Shown here in pieces: positions 52,271 to 64,000 of a stretch of DNA of 64,000 bases (the first letter of the stretch is position 1; every line of letters begins with the position of its first letter). Below the pieces are notes generated by a model. The model saw only the letters and a program-made list of their open reading frames with translations, did not search any database and was not told the origin of the DNA. Source of the stretch: Haliotis rubra (taxonomy: Eukaryota); contig NW_025764891.1 in the NCBI RefSeq assembly GCF_003918875.1, positions 7,750,001-7,814,000 of the forward strand, read 5' to 3'. The position numbers and the translations under genes were made by a program.

Positions 52271-54386
52271 ATTTTGTCCTTAACCAAACCTGGCAGGTCA
52301 CACAAGTACTGCTGCCGAAGATCCAAAGTGACAATAAATCCGCTTCTCTGGCTGCACATTAGGAGAGGAGTTCTTCGGGAACAAAACGACAGCAAGGGAG
52401 GGGACTTAAGCCCTGTCGCGAATTGAATACTAATAGGAACTGTTAATGTCGAAGCGATTAGTGTCAAAACCTGGAACTTTGGCACTGTCATTCAGTCCTG
52501 CCGCCACACTGAAGCTCTTATTTTCTTGGTTTTGGCTGTGTTGATGGGAAATGAGACCACTTCTCTTTACAAGGGCGTTCACCTTTACCGAGGACGCTGC
52601 CAAAGATAAAAACTGCTGATGCGACGTACAATCAATATCTAATCACTCACTCACTCGTGAGCAGCCGGGTCGTTTTGCCGTCAAATGTAATCAGCTGTGT
52701 ATGTTATCTGCCTTTAGGGAGAGGTAAGGCGTCACATGTTTCCACAACAGCGTGGATGTTGCCTGAACGCACTGATGCTGCTCTCCGGACAACCAATAAT
52801 GGAACCATACAATACCTTACTTAAAGGGACACGTCCGTGTTTCCATTTGAGTCTTAAGATACTTTAGCAAGGCACTCTTTAATTGTTAAAGGAAGGACGG
52901 CTGGATAAAAAATAAATTCAACAGAAGAAGCCATGTCTCTGGAGATGCCAACATCAAAACGTCGGTTTGTGTGTGCGAGTGAGTGAGTGAGATTTTGCGC
53001 CGCTTTGAACAGCATTCGAGTTATATAAGGCGATGCCAGTCTTAAACGTTTTCCACTTTGGTGAAAACGGATACGGGCTGAAGAACCTAGAAGCCAATGG
53101 ACATGACTGAGACACCTGACACCTGTCAGGATGTCAATTCAGCAGGGAAAATGTTCGGGAAGACCTCATGGTTTGTTGTGTTTAAAGATATTTTAAAAAC
53201 AGGTTTAACTTATGGTATTTTAAATAATTTATTTATATTGACAGTGACAGTAAAGGTAGGTTTAAAACTATTTTACTTATTTCAAGTCGGCTAATTAAAA
53301 CTGAAAACTCTGTTTTTATTTGTTATTTTCGTTCACATTTAAATTTTGGAAGTCGATGGTTTCGTCTTAAAAACGTTCTGGCATTACTAGCCGAGAAAGT
53401 CGTTAGCCAAATGGAATGACACCTTTGTGACTCCTAAGAAGGACTGGAGACGCCGTGCTCTCAACGTGACGCAAGGTGAAACTATTTCTTCTTCAGGGGA
53501 GTCGACGTTTACGTTCAGGCAGTTAGGTTCACGTTGCTGTAATTACTGCACGTCGTAATGATGTGTTCATTGCACTCACTCTCACGTGAGAGGGAACTGG
53601 GGAGACAGTTACAGGAAGGACGACCGAAAGGTCACCCCAGTGTTGAGTACCGGTGCGTGATCACCACAAAGGGATGACAAATGGTTCTTTCGTAACCTGC
53701 AGATATTCATGACCATGCTGTAAATTCACACCAAGTTCCTCTGTTCCATTTCCATGACAACGCGATAAGAAAGGTGAAACCTGACAGTTAGCCATTCATA
53801 TGGCTCTCTGAGATAACGGTATCTCGGTCGGGCAAAACAGAAGAAAGTATTCAGTCTGAAAGATACTGTAAAGGCTAAGGTCTTATAGAATGATTTTCAA
53901 GTGTAACTCAGGGATAGACTAACGCTTACTCTTAATATAAATAAAATTTTGATGGAAGCAAATAATTCAATTTAATTTTAAATGGAGCTCCGGTGAGATG
54001 GAAGATTCAGAACCAGAATCGACCCGAGGAACATGGCTGGATTGGCGGGAGAAATAACGTGCAGCAGTGACTGTGAGGCAAACACTTTCAGCAAAACACT
54101 TTTTGAGGGCCATATTAAAAATGGTTGCGTGAGTTGAGATATATTGCTCTCAGAGCAATACTCAAGCAATGTCACGCTGAGGTACTATATACTTTGGTAT
54201 CTAACGCAGCAATATCCCAGCTGTGTCTATAAATATGCGGCCTGTCAATAATCGAGCCTGGACCAGACAATCCAGTGATATACATCATACGAAGACTAGG
54301 TCAGCGAGCCTGACCACCCGATCCCTTTAGCTGCCTCTTACGACAAGCGTGGGTTGCTGAAGACCCACGCTTCATGTGTAATCTAC

Positions 54387-54617
54387 CACAGGGGCTTGTA
54401 ACGCTAAAAACTGCCATCAAGGTATATACTACTGTCACTGACGGGGTCTTAGTACTATATAAAATGAATATTTGTCACTGACGGGGTCTTAGTACTATAT
54501 AAAAGGATTTGACGGGGTCTTAGTACTATATAAAAGGAATCCTTTCATATGGTACTAAGACCCCGTCAGTGACAGAATATACCTTGATGGCAGTTTTTAG
54601 CGTTACAAGCCCCTGTG
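54387..54617. mobile_element. Foldback MITE with 8-bp TSD (P-element- or hAT-type)
   Basis: Long TIR starting CACAGGGGCTTGTAACGCTAAAAACTGCC. Perfect TSD taatctac at 54379-54386 and 54618-54625. Three internal gacggggtcttagtactatataaaa repeats. Confidence 0.85.
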
Positions 54618-56115
54618 TAATCTACGGGTCTGGAACTATAGAAATGGCCTTCACACATTGCACATTTGGTACATCGAACACTTTAACCAACCATTAAGCT
54701 ACCCCAAAAACTACAAAGTTACTTACTAAAAGTCTAATCTGTCATCTCACTGTTGCAAATACCAATAGCGCATACGGACTATGATGGATCATTGGATAGA
54801 TTTTTTTACGTACATACAGTTAACATGACTTTATATAATCGAGTCTGGACCAGACAATTCAGTGATCAGTATCATGATTATCGATCTTAGAAACTGGTGT
54901 GTCAACCATGTCAGCATGCCTGACCAACTGATCTTGCTACGACAAGCATGGGTTACTGAAGACTAATTATAACCTGGATCTTCACTGGTCCAGAAAGGTT
55001 ACAGATGTAGTGACTAATATTTAATATGTCCGCCAGTGTTCTTGTAAACTCTTGTGCCAACAGTTGAGGCCCAGAAGGATCTCAGCGGGGCTGCATGTTA
55101 ATGAGGTTGTTTGACCGAACCAGGAAGTTAATCACTATAATGCCCTAGCAACTAGGCGCTATTGGTTATAAGATAAGAATCCGGCATGACATACTCAGCA
55201 ACAGCAGGAAGGCGACAGAAACATTTTGTTCCTGGTATTCTGATTAGTTCATATTCCTGGACATTGACGTTTTGTTCTGGAGGCCATTTTCTTGCGGTGA
55301 TGCCAATATCCTCCAAATATGATTAAATCATGAAATGTTCGGGAATGTCCCAATGCCATTTGTCTCGAGGAAAATCTTTATATTCACCATTAACAATATG
55401 GTCAATATTTAGTGCAGGGTGTAAATGCGTCGTTTATGTTTAATGTTTGACTTTAAATGCAGTGATATATACACAAGGGGCCAAGATAATTCGATAATAA
55501 GGATCTTCAAGTTTGTCTGCAATGAAAGCCATATGCTGTCAATCGGTTTTCTGACTTCAATGCGCAGTGATGGATGCCCACAGACATGACTATGAGACAG
55601 AGGTGACATTACAGATTGACACCCAGTCAAATGTGATCATAATTGGACCACCACAATGGAGTCATGAATGAAATCACGGATACAAGTTGCCATTACGACC
55701 ACGATCGCAGACTCTTTTATACATACTGGTTAAATTGCTCTCTTTATAAGACTAGGACTTATGCAAACACCGGATTTTTAATACGACTGTAGTTATTATG
55801 TCACGGCGGATGACTCAAGAAATGGTTTTCACACACTGTAATCATGTGGGGAATTGAACCCTGAATTTTGCGTGACTAGCGAAACACTTTAACCACTGGG
55901 CTTTCCCACCGCCCCACTTCTTTTAAGGACATTCACCAGAGTCAGCAGAATCCATCTCCAATAAACCGAGATATGTTCTCCCAGACCCTTAACAATAATA
56001 AAGGCATAACTCAGGTTAGAATGACTGGACAAGACTAGATTGAAATTATATAATGTACCGAATTCTTTTTGATTTATTTGTTTTGTATGTTTACAGCAAA
56101 ATACCGTCATAACGA

Positions 56116-56470
56116 GACCGCCTCCATGGTGTAGTGGTTAGAGCGTCCGCCCGGAGAGCGGAAGGTCGCGGGTTCGATCCCCGACCGCGTCATACCAAAA
56201 GACGTTCAAATATGATACTTGTTGGTCCCTGCCTGGCGCTCGGCATTAATGGGTACAAGGACTGGTCGGCTCGGAGCCAGTATAATGTGTCTGAGTGGGG
56301 TATTCATGCTTCACTGCGGCATGGTATCTCAGTGGGCTAGCACTATAAAACCAGCTTAAGTCTGGGCTAGTACAAGCAGCCGCACATACACGTACACACG
56401 CATGCACGTCGTCATATGAGCGAAATATTCTCAAGCACGACGTAAAACCCAATTTCACCTCACCTCACCC
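56116..56470 (+). mobile_element. SINE family C, full-length
   Basis: Highly similar to the 33284 copy. TSD ccgtcataacga at 56104-56115 and 56471-56482. Confidence 0.88.
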
Positions 56471-56584
56471 CCGTCATAACGAACTCTAAGAGATCTCTAC
56501 TTCCAGTACGTAATAATCGTAGTTCGTTATGCGCATTTCGGTTAAAATAAACAACCAGTGACCGTGACTAATAGGAGACACGGT

Positions 56585-56624
56585 CACCTGATGAAAGAGC
56601 AAGAATTTGCTCTGAAACGTCGTA
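56585..56624 (+). ncRNA. Minimal type I hammerhead ribozyme motif in a Penelope-like fragment (fragment extends to ~56705)
   Basis: cac-CTGATGA-a-agagc(aagaattt)gctct-GAAA-CG-TC-gta, with a GUC cleavage triplet. Stem I is short. Downstream AATAAA and caacttctaaatg are shared with the 9902 element. Confidence 0.7.
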
Positions 56625-57976
56625 TAAAGAATAAATTGAAAGTTCTTATCCATTAAACGTGTCATGTATTCATGTTCTTCCAACTTCTAAATGGCTTTCA
56701 AGAACTTTAATAAGGGGCAGTTCGTTATGTTCGTCAGTTCGTTCGTAAGCGTGCAAAATTAGTTTACTGTTTAACTTGGACCAAATGTCTAAATGTCTAA
56801 CTAAGTGGTTACATATGTCAATATTAGACATCAAGTTAAAGGATTACTTCACATATAATTGACCCATCAGACACTTTAACCAGGTGAAATGTGTCGTCTA
56901 ACTCTGAGCTCTACTGAACCGTTATCGTTGCTCCTAAGCGGAGCTGATGACGTTCATTGTCTGTATAGACACATCCGTATCGCCATCATGGAACTCGTCC
57001 TAGTCGAGATGTGATCGGAGCCAGATATGTCCCATTACTCAAACGTGACATTTATTTTCACTGAGAGCGTGACATTTTCCAACGTGAGAAATGTGTCTTT
57101 TGAAGGGCTCTGTGTGTTAACTGTTTTACATTGCTTCGTGGGGTGGTGGTTGATGCGTTCGCTTGTCGCCACGTAGGCCTGGGTTAAGTTCTCCTCATGC
57201 ACTCAATAAAACTGCTATCACTGAATAAACCCTGAGTATTTTGGTGTGTTTGGTCGATGAAGTAACGTAGGAAAATCACTTCCAACAAATACCATGTATT
57301 TATTTCGGAAACCAAAACTCTACCTTAACATGAAACGACTTTAGAAGGCATGTGCACACTGTCTGCTGGACTACCACACCTTGTACTCTGGCACACCTGC
57401 AGCAAATGTAAAACATGTGTATGGTTTTGCGCGGCTTTTAACAATATTCCATCAATGCCAAGACGCGTTAGCTTCATGCGTGAGGGACGCCCGAAAGGAA
57501 GCAGGTCCTTATTACGATAAACGGGGCGGTGTGGTAGCCTACTGGTTTAAACGCACGCTTGTCACGCAGAATACCCGGGTTCGATTCCCCAGTCTGGTAT
57601 CCCCACGACATTGCCGGAATATTTCTAAAAGCGGAGTAAAACCCTATTTACTCAGTATTAAGATAACAGAATCTGGACTTTTTGGTTTTCAATTCACAAT
57701 TCAGGCGTTTAAGACGTATTTCAGGTATCACACAACTTGCCAGTATAAAGGAAGCACAGTTTGTTGTTTAACGCAACGCTCAGCACTATTCCATCTACAT
57801 AGGACAGATGTGAGTAAATAATAGAAGCTGGACCAGAGAATCCAGTGATTAACATCATGGTCAACAATCTACATAACTGGGGCATGAGGACGTCCATCGC
57901 CATTTACGATAAGCTCGAGTTGCAGGAGACAAATGCTTCAGGGATCTCCTAAGAGGTGGAGGAAATCACAGAGCAG

Positions 57977-58083
57977 GATCTAGATTTTCGAAGCTCTCTT
58001 AGCGCTAAGATAGTCGTAAGGGCCATACATTAACATTAACTTGCGACTATCTTAGCGCTAAGAGAGCCTCGAAAATCTAGGCC
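57977..58083. mobile_element. Same palindromic MITE family
   Basis: Same TIRs, central spacer in the opposite orientation. Confidence 0.85.
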
Positions 58084-59777
58084 CTCCATACCATTCCTAC
58101 CATGACTGCCAACTTAACTGGAGCTAACGCCCCCTTTCAAAGCGAGGATGCATCTGAATCTGCGTTTATGTACAGAACCTACAATCTCCGACAAAAACAT
58201 CTGCCGCCTACCACGCTTCCCGCGCGACCGGAATAAAATATTCCACATATCGATCAGACCAATTCCATTCCCTGTACTCCGGCAATATATACATCAGAGA
58301 AATAAAACATCCTATGACTAATAGTGTATCAGTGTTGTGACTCATACCATAGAGCCATCTGCGCTGCGACAGAGCGATGTCGGTAACCGTTAATTCATCA
58401 TAGCGGCGATGCGTTACACAAATATATAGCGATACGAGTATAGATTTGAATAGACCACATTTAAAGCAAAGGGTTACTTCCCCGGCAGATCCTCTGGAAT
58501 ATTGAAGACGTAATGGTCATCTTAAGGATGAGACATCCATTGTGATAGAAACGACATTAATCTTCTCACTTTTACGGCTAATGAGTGGCCGAGACCATGC
58601 CTTAACAAGGTAGACAGACACGGTACTTGTCGGTCAGAGTTACGTCCCTTGGATACAGCTAAAATTTGAACTGATGGGTGACGTCAAAGGTCGATTTTCG
58701 CTGAATAGCTGAAAGTCCTGAACAATATATTGCATATATGTTGCATTAAACAGTGATCGACAATATATCAGCAATCCAAATTCCCAAGCTCCACCAGAGT
58801 AAAACATGTTGGGTCCTTAAACACACAATGCTGACACAAATCAGAATAGGTATATTTGATACTATCCTCTAATCCCTGTTTGTCACAGGGGAGCTCTATA
58901 ATAAACTTTCCACAAAACAACAATGCAATTCGTAATACCAAACTCGCTCCTGTTTTAATCAAATCGCCCCAAAGCGTCACTAATCCAGAAGCGCTTATGG
59001 GTTTGCGGGCACCTGTTATTAGTCCACGTTTCAGACTTGCCATTACTACACGCCGACCGATGTGAAACACTTCCGATCAAAGTAAGCATCACACATTTTC
59101 ATTACCTCGAAATGGGAGACATAACTCCAACGATCCGAGAGTTAGAATCAATGGTTATTTAAATTTTCGTTGCTGGATACCAGCGGAAAATACAACATGT
59201 GTATTAACCTGATTTAAACATCATCATAGGGTCTCCGGGTCACTCCACGTGATTTCTCAAGCTGCAAAATTTCAAACTGACAAGAAAACAGTTTTACTCT
59301 GAAAATCAATTCAAGGGGGTGGTCTTGGCTGTATTGATCTCAATTTCATGCCGATGAAACAACCATGCATAGAGTTGAAAATAAGTGTTCTGCTGCTCGC
59401 TGGGTTTTGTTGATTGAATTAAACTTTGAGTAATAGGCTCCTTTAAAACAACATTTCGTTTAAAGGGTTCGCTGCTGGAGCTGCAAGAGAAACACCTGGG
59501 ACGTAGTAATACTCTCCTTAAGGGAGGAAGAATGCTGTAACACAACTCGGATGAAGACGGGCACCTGCTTCTATTGCAATAGTCTTAAGTGGATGGCAAG
59601 GAAATGATGAAGTCTTAAGTATACTGCTCCTCTTTTGATAGGATCATTATTTATCTGTCTCATGTCAGTGTATCTGATATAACCGATTGTCCTTTTCAGT
59701 AGTTGAGTATTCTTTATCTGGATTGGCAAGCACTGCACCAATTCATTCATGGTACCAGTGGAACAACAACAAAAGTA

Positions 59778-59913
59778 GTGAGTGAGCGAGTATGCAACAT
59801 CACGGCTGGCGACACTAGAAATAGGCTTCACACATTTTACCTATAAGGGGAATTGAACCCGGGCCTTCAGTATGACGAGCGAACGCTTTAACCACTAACC
59901 TACCCCCCGCCCC
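59778..59913 (-). mobile_element. SINE family A
   Basis: TSD aacaacaaaa. Confidence 0.85.
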
Positions 59914-60009
59914 AACAACAAAATTAATAGAAATAAATATAATGAAGATAAGTAATAATCCATGTCCATTGATGATGCCTCAGATTCGAATATCCAAGTG
60001 AACAGCCAG

Positions 60010-60116
60010 GGCCTAGATTTTCGAAGCTCTCTTAGCACTAAGATAGTCGTAAGTGCCATGCATTAACATTAACATACGACTATCTTGGCGCTAAGAGAGC
60101 TTCGAAAATCTAGGCC
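60010..60116. mobile_element. Same palindromic MITE family
   Basis: Same TIRs, flanked by cag and ctg. Confidence 0.85.
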
Positions 60117-60488
60117 CTGGGCTCTAGATTACTATTAACCCGGTCAGTGGATCAGTGTTTACCCGGAAATCATTCCCAGGTCCTTGTGAAGGAGACAATC
60201 CATGCTGCCTACCGGGTACCCATTCACTACTGGGTGAGGATAAGCATCGTTCAATCATACCTAGTTAGCCAAGAGAAAGGCCGAAGCCCAAGTAACTCTC
60301 AGGAGCCAAACTTGCTGATCAGGGTAACCAATCGACTAGTTGGTTATATTAGGTGACCTGTACGATGTACAGGACCGTCGGTGTCATGTATGAGCGGGTG
60401 TTTCAGAGGCATAAAGGCTGCTACGGTATCTTAATTTCCCCCATGTTCTTAGCATGAGGATGTACATGGATGGTGTTACACACCACAA

Positions 60489-60655
60489 GTGAGTTTGTGT
60501 GTATGGTTTTACGCCACTTTTAGCAATATTCCAGCAACATCGCGGCGGTGGACACAATAAATGGGCTTCCCATATTGTACCCATGAGGGATCGAAACCGG
60601 GTCTTCGGCGTGATGAACGAACGTCTTAACCACTAGGCTAACCCCACCCCACCCC
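60489..60655 (-). mobile_element. SINE family A
   Basis: Matches the family consensus. Confidence 0.85.
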
Positions 60656-61477
60656 CTACCGCACATGGGGTGGTGGTGGGGTGGGTGTTTTAGAAATATA
60701 TTGTGTTTCCACTTAATGCTGTCACATATACAATATGTACAGAAAAGAAGTTCAGTCCTATTTTTAACACGACTCCAAAATGACACTGAGAGATGGCTCA
60801 ATTTAGAATAGTTCCCATGCTGAGAATACCATTAGGATATTTCACGCCAAATCTTAAGGATATTGAAAATATCTAGGCTAAATAAACATATTTATCAGTG
60901 ATTTTGCTGTGGGCAAATGGCTTTAGGACAAAGCCATGATTGTATCAACATTTCATAGGAATCCATTGTATTTGAGAAGAAAATCAATAACACATTTCAG
61001 TTGACAATCAGTCAATGTCCTAAAAAAATTTACCGATCAGAAATCCTGATATAGAACCACTCAATACAACAATATCTAAGAGAGATTTTGAGCCCTGTTC
61101 CACAAACAAGCGACAAGTGTCGCAAGCCGATGTTAAAGAATGGAAGTCATGATCATCTAAGCGACACAGTGTGTTGAATAGAAGGGTTCTTTTTATCTGA
61201 AACGGAACAAATTAAGATTTTGCAGAGCTAAAAGAAGTGTACTGCACTGTGAAGGGGAGAGGAAACAATTCTCATAGTCAGTGCCAGTAACTTTGACATG
61301 TCTTCTTCATCTTTGAATCAAAATCCTTTATAAACTCCTGCTGATTTTGTCATGATAGGTACTAAACCATTAAGTTGACTAATGGAGATTGAGCCGTTCA
61401 AATGTGTAATATAAAAGCACTGGATGTTGTTCATGGTATCATCTACGTGTTTCACTGCCCAGATCTGATTAGATACA

Positions 61478-61740
61478 GACCCGTGAAGATCCGGGTAAGA
61501 AGAGGTCTTCAGCAACCCATGCTTGTCGTAAGAGGCTAAGAGGCGACTAACGGGATCGGGTGGTCAGGCTCGCTGGCTTGGTTGGCACATGTCATCGCCG
61601 CTTTGAGCAATATTCCAGCAATATCACGGCGGGGGACACCAAAAATGGGTTTCACATATTGTACCCATGTAGGGAATCGAACCCGAGTCTTCGGCGTGAA
61701 GAACCAACGCTTTAACAATTAGTCTACCCCACCGCCCCCA
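61478..61740. mobile_element. Chimeric insertion: family B 5' half (+) fused to family A (-), under one TSD
   Basis: ctgattagatacag at 61465-61478 and 61741-61754. Confidence 0.85.
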
Positions 61741-64000
61741 CTGATTAGATACAGGTGACATACAGGTGTGGTATGCACTGACAGTGTCGTAAAACATCAC
61801 CCACACTTCTCAAACGGCAACCAACTTGATAAACACAGGACATAGAGTCTATCTATAAAGTACACAAGCCACACACGTTTTGACAGGTTGAGCGTGTCAA
61901 TAGCCGCGTTTGACTTCGCACCTACAAGGCACTTAGATCGCCATTCAGGGTCTTCTACTCTTCTCAGTGGTAGGTAAACAAACCAGGGGTGACCATTGCT
62001 TGTGAAATTCAACGAACTTTATGAAGACATGGAAACCCCTATTGGTCGAGACCATCAATTCACATTCACGGTGCGTGACAGTCACCTTTTAAGAGTTGTA
62101 AAAACTTTATACACCAATTGATCAGTGTAACCCTTTCACAATATACCCCGGTATGTTATAAATGGTCGATGGGTTGTACATAGTCTTGACAACCTTGTTT
62201 ACACTATGATTTATGTTACAAGACTACATGTGCATTCGTAAGGGATCCAGCCTTACAAATATGTGTGTTTCCGAACCAATCAGTGCTTTCCGGTTTGGGT
62301 ATTCTGCTTCTTTTGTAATATAAATATACCATAGAAAAGGAAAGAAGGTTTTCATCCTTGAAATAACAAAAAAAGCATATTTCTGTTTATTGAAGGGTTT
62401 GAAAACTCAAATATGTATCAAATCTTTCCGGTCTAATAAAATTAGCAGAGGTAGCGTTCTCCAGTCGCCTATTGGTGTCAGATTTAACCGGTTAGGACCC
62501 TCAGGAGTCCTAGAAACCTAAGATCGTGGGTTCGAAGCTAAGATTAGCCCCGATTATGATATTCCATTTTTGTTTGCACCTTCATCGATTGGTTCATAAG
62601 CCACAAACGTGCTAGAATATATATAGTGTCCTAAGCCACAAACGTTAACCCAAATATTCCTCTCTTTTCGTTACTATATATACACTAGTTTAAGAGTGCG
62701 ATAATGCTTTTAGCAGCAGTAACCTTTAATAAATGACGACATGTTTGATGTGAATTCTGACGTTTTGCCACATCACGCACAACAGAACTTAGCCATATTA
62801 ACCGATTTTTCGATTTTGTTATATATTCCATACTATTAAGACACGTCTCATCCGTTCTGTCACCTTCCAAAACGTACGTTTCTGTAACATCCGCAACCGC
62901 AGAGAACTGCCTGGCGAAACATTGCCTTACTTTTCAATACACTACCAGTGTTGCAGTGAACTTGAGGATATAGTTAACTGCCTTTACTCTCAAACCAGAT
63001 AGGTTGTAAACATCAATCTATTTTCAAAGCTAGGCGCTCCACATTGAACGACCAGGGAAAAGATCGAACGGCTGGCAGCATGTTAAAGAGAAGATTCAAT
63101 AAATACTTCCCTGTTCAATGAGGATATTGGTTACCCTATATTGTCCGTGTGTATAAAGGTAACAGATACCTAAATCTGACCATTACAACTGCTTAATCCC
63201 TACTGATCATATAAACGTCTCACAATGCTGTATATTAAGAGTTAAAACATATCTATGACGGTAGGCCGGGAGATATACGCTATATCGCACAATGAGCCCT
63301 GGAGATCTATATGGATGATAAGCATTTGCAGATATGTGCTCTGAGGGAAAGGGTTATTTGCCCCCTGTAGTGACCGTAGTTGGCTTTATCACTACTTATC
63401 AAGGAATATATTGCACGAGATAGTACACTGGCGTCCCACATCAGTAATTTTACATACACCTACACCTACACCAAAGCGCTTTGAGTTACTATATAAGCAA
63501 GCTCACAAATAAACATTCGTTTACTGCATATAGATCCATGAGATATGATATGGAAGAATTAACGAAGCTACCAGGGAGGGGGTGTTAGCGCCGTATTAGC
63601 AATGTTGTAACTTCCCTCGTCAAATACAAAGCGAATCCACTTATAAAACTGCCAAAAGACCCCGGGCTACTCTTCTGTATCACCTTAAACACAATGACCG
63701 TAATTTGTTTTAACTCGGTACTAACGGATTAACTCCTAGCCGTTAAAGGTCTACAGTACTTATTCCAGGTAAATCCTATTCCAATCAGTTAACCACGTAC
63801 AGCTTGCAGAAATACTGCGGAGTATATGAAAAAAACTTAATATTCAAACCCTAAGGAACATCGTTAATATCCAACTCAACTTCTATATAATAATATGGTT
63901 AAAGCGTTGGCCGTCACGCCGAAGAAGTTCGAATCGTTAACATGAAGCCCATTTCTCGTGAACATTCTAAAAGCGTCGTAAAACCAAACTCAGTCAGTCT

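Noticed and set aside
58768-59070. Overlapping 100-aa and 69-aa ORFs on opposite strands
   Set aside because: No homology or splice support; compatible with chance.
60120-60360. Additional old SINE (ggtacccattcactactgggtga core)
   Set aside because: Single degenerate copy; boundaries and family cannot be supported.

Overview
Animal genomic DNA, AT-rich and intron-dominated. The SINE repertoire suggests a mollusc, probably abalone-like (inference). No prokaryotic operon or CRISPR array is present. The only recognisable gene is a minus-strand doublecortin-like kinase (DCLK). Five phase-compatible exons (29078-28982, 13683-13573, 4437 or 4491-4370, 3079-3019, 80-<1) encode the end of the second DCX domain, the Ser/Pro-rich linker and the start of the kinase domain (ERYDIGKVIGEGNFAVV). 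The exons for the rest of the DCX domains are not visible. The remainder is intron or intergenic sequence with three SINE families that share a 3' tail design, several MITE families, Penelope-like fragments carrying minimal hammerhead ribozymes, a LINE remnant, minisatellites, local duplications and a 148-N gap. Best novelty candidates: (1) a non-tRNA SINE with a fixed 5' end and a covarying pseudoknotted RNA head, a candidate ribozyme or other structured RNA; (2) hammerhead-bearing Penelope-like pieces and a possible tRNA-head/Penelope-tail chimera; (3) a boundary near 47.3 kb where CpG content and SINE orientation bias both change next to promoter motifs. All counts and alignments were made by eye, and repeat coordinates are approximate.
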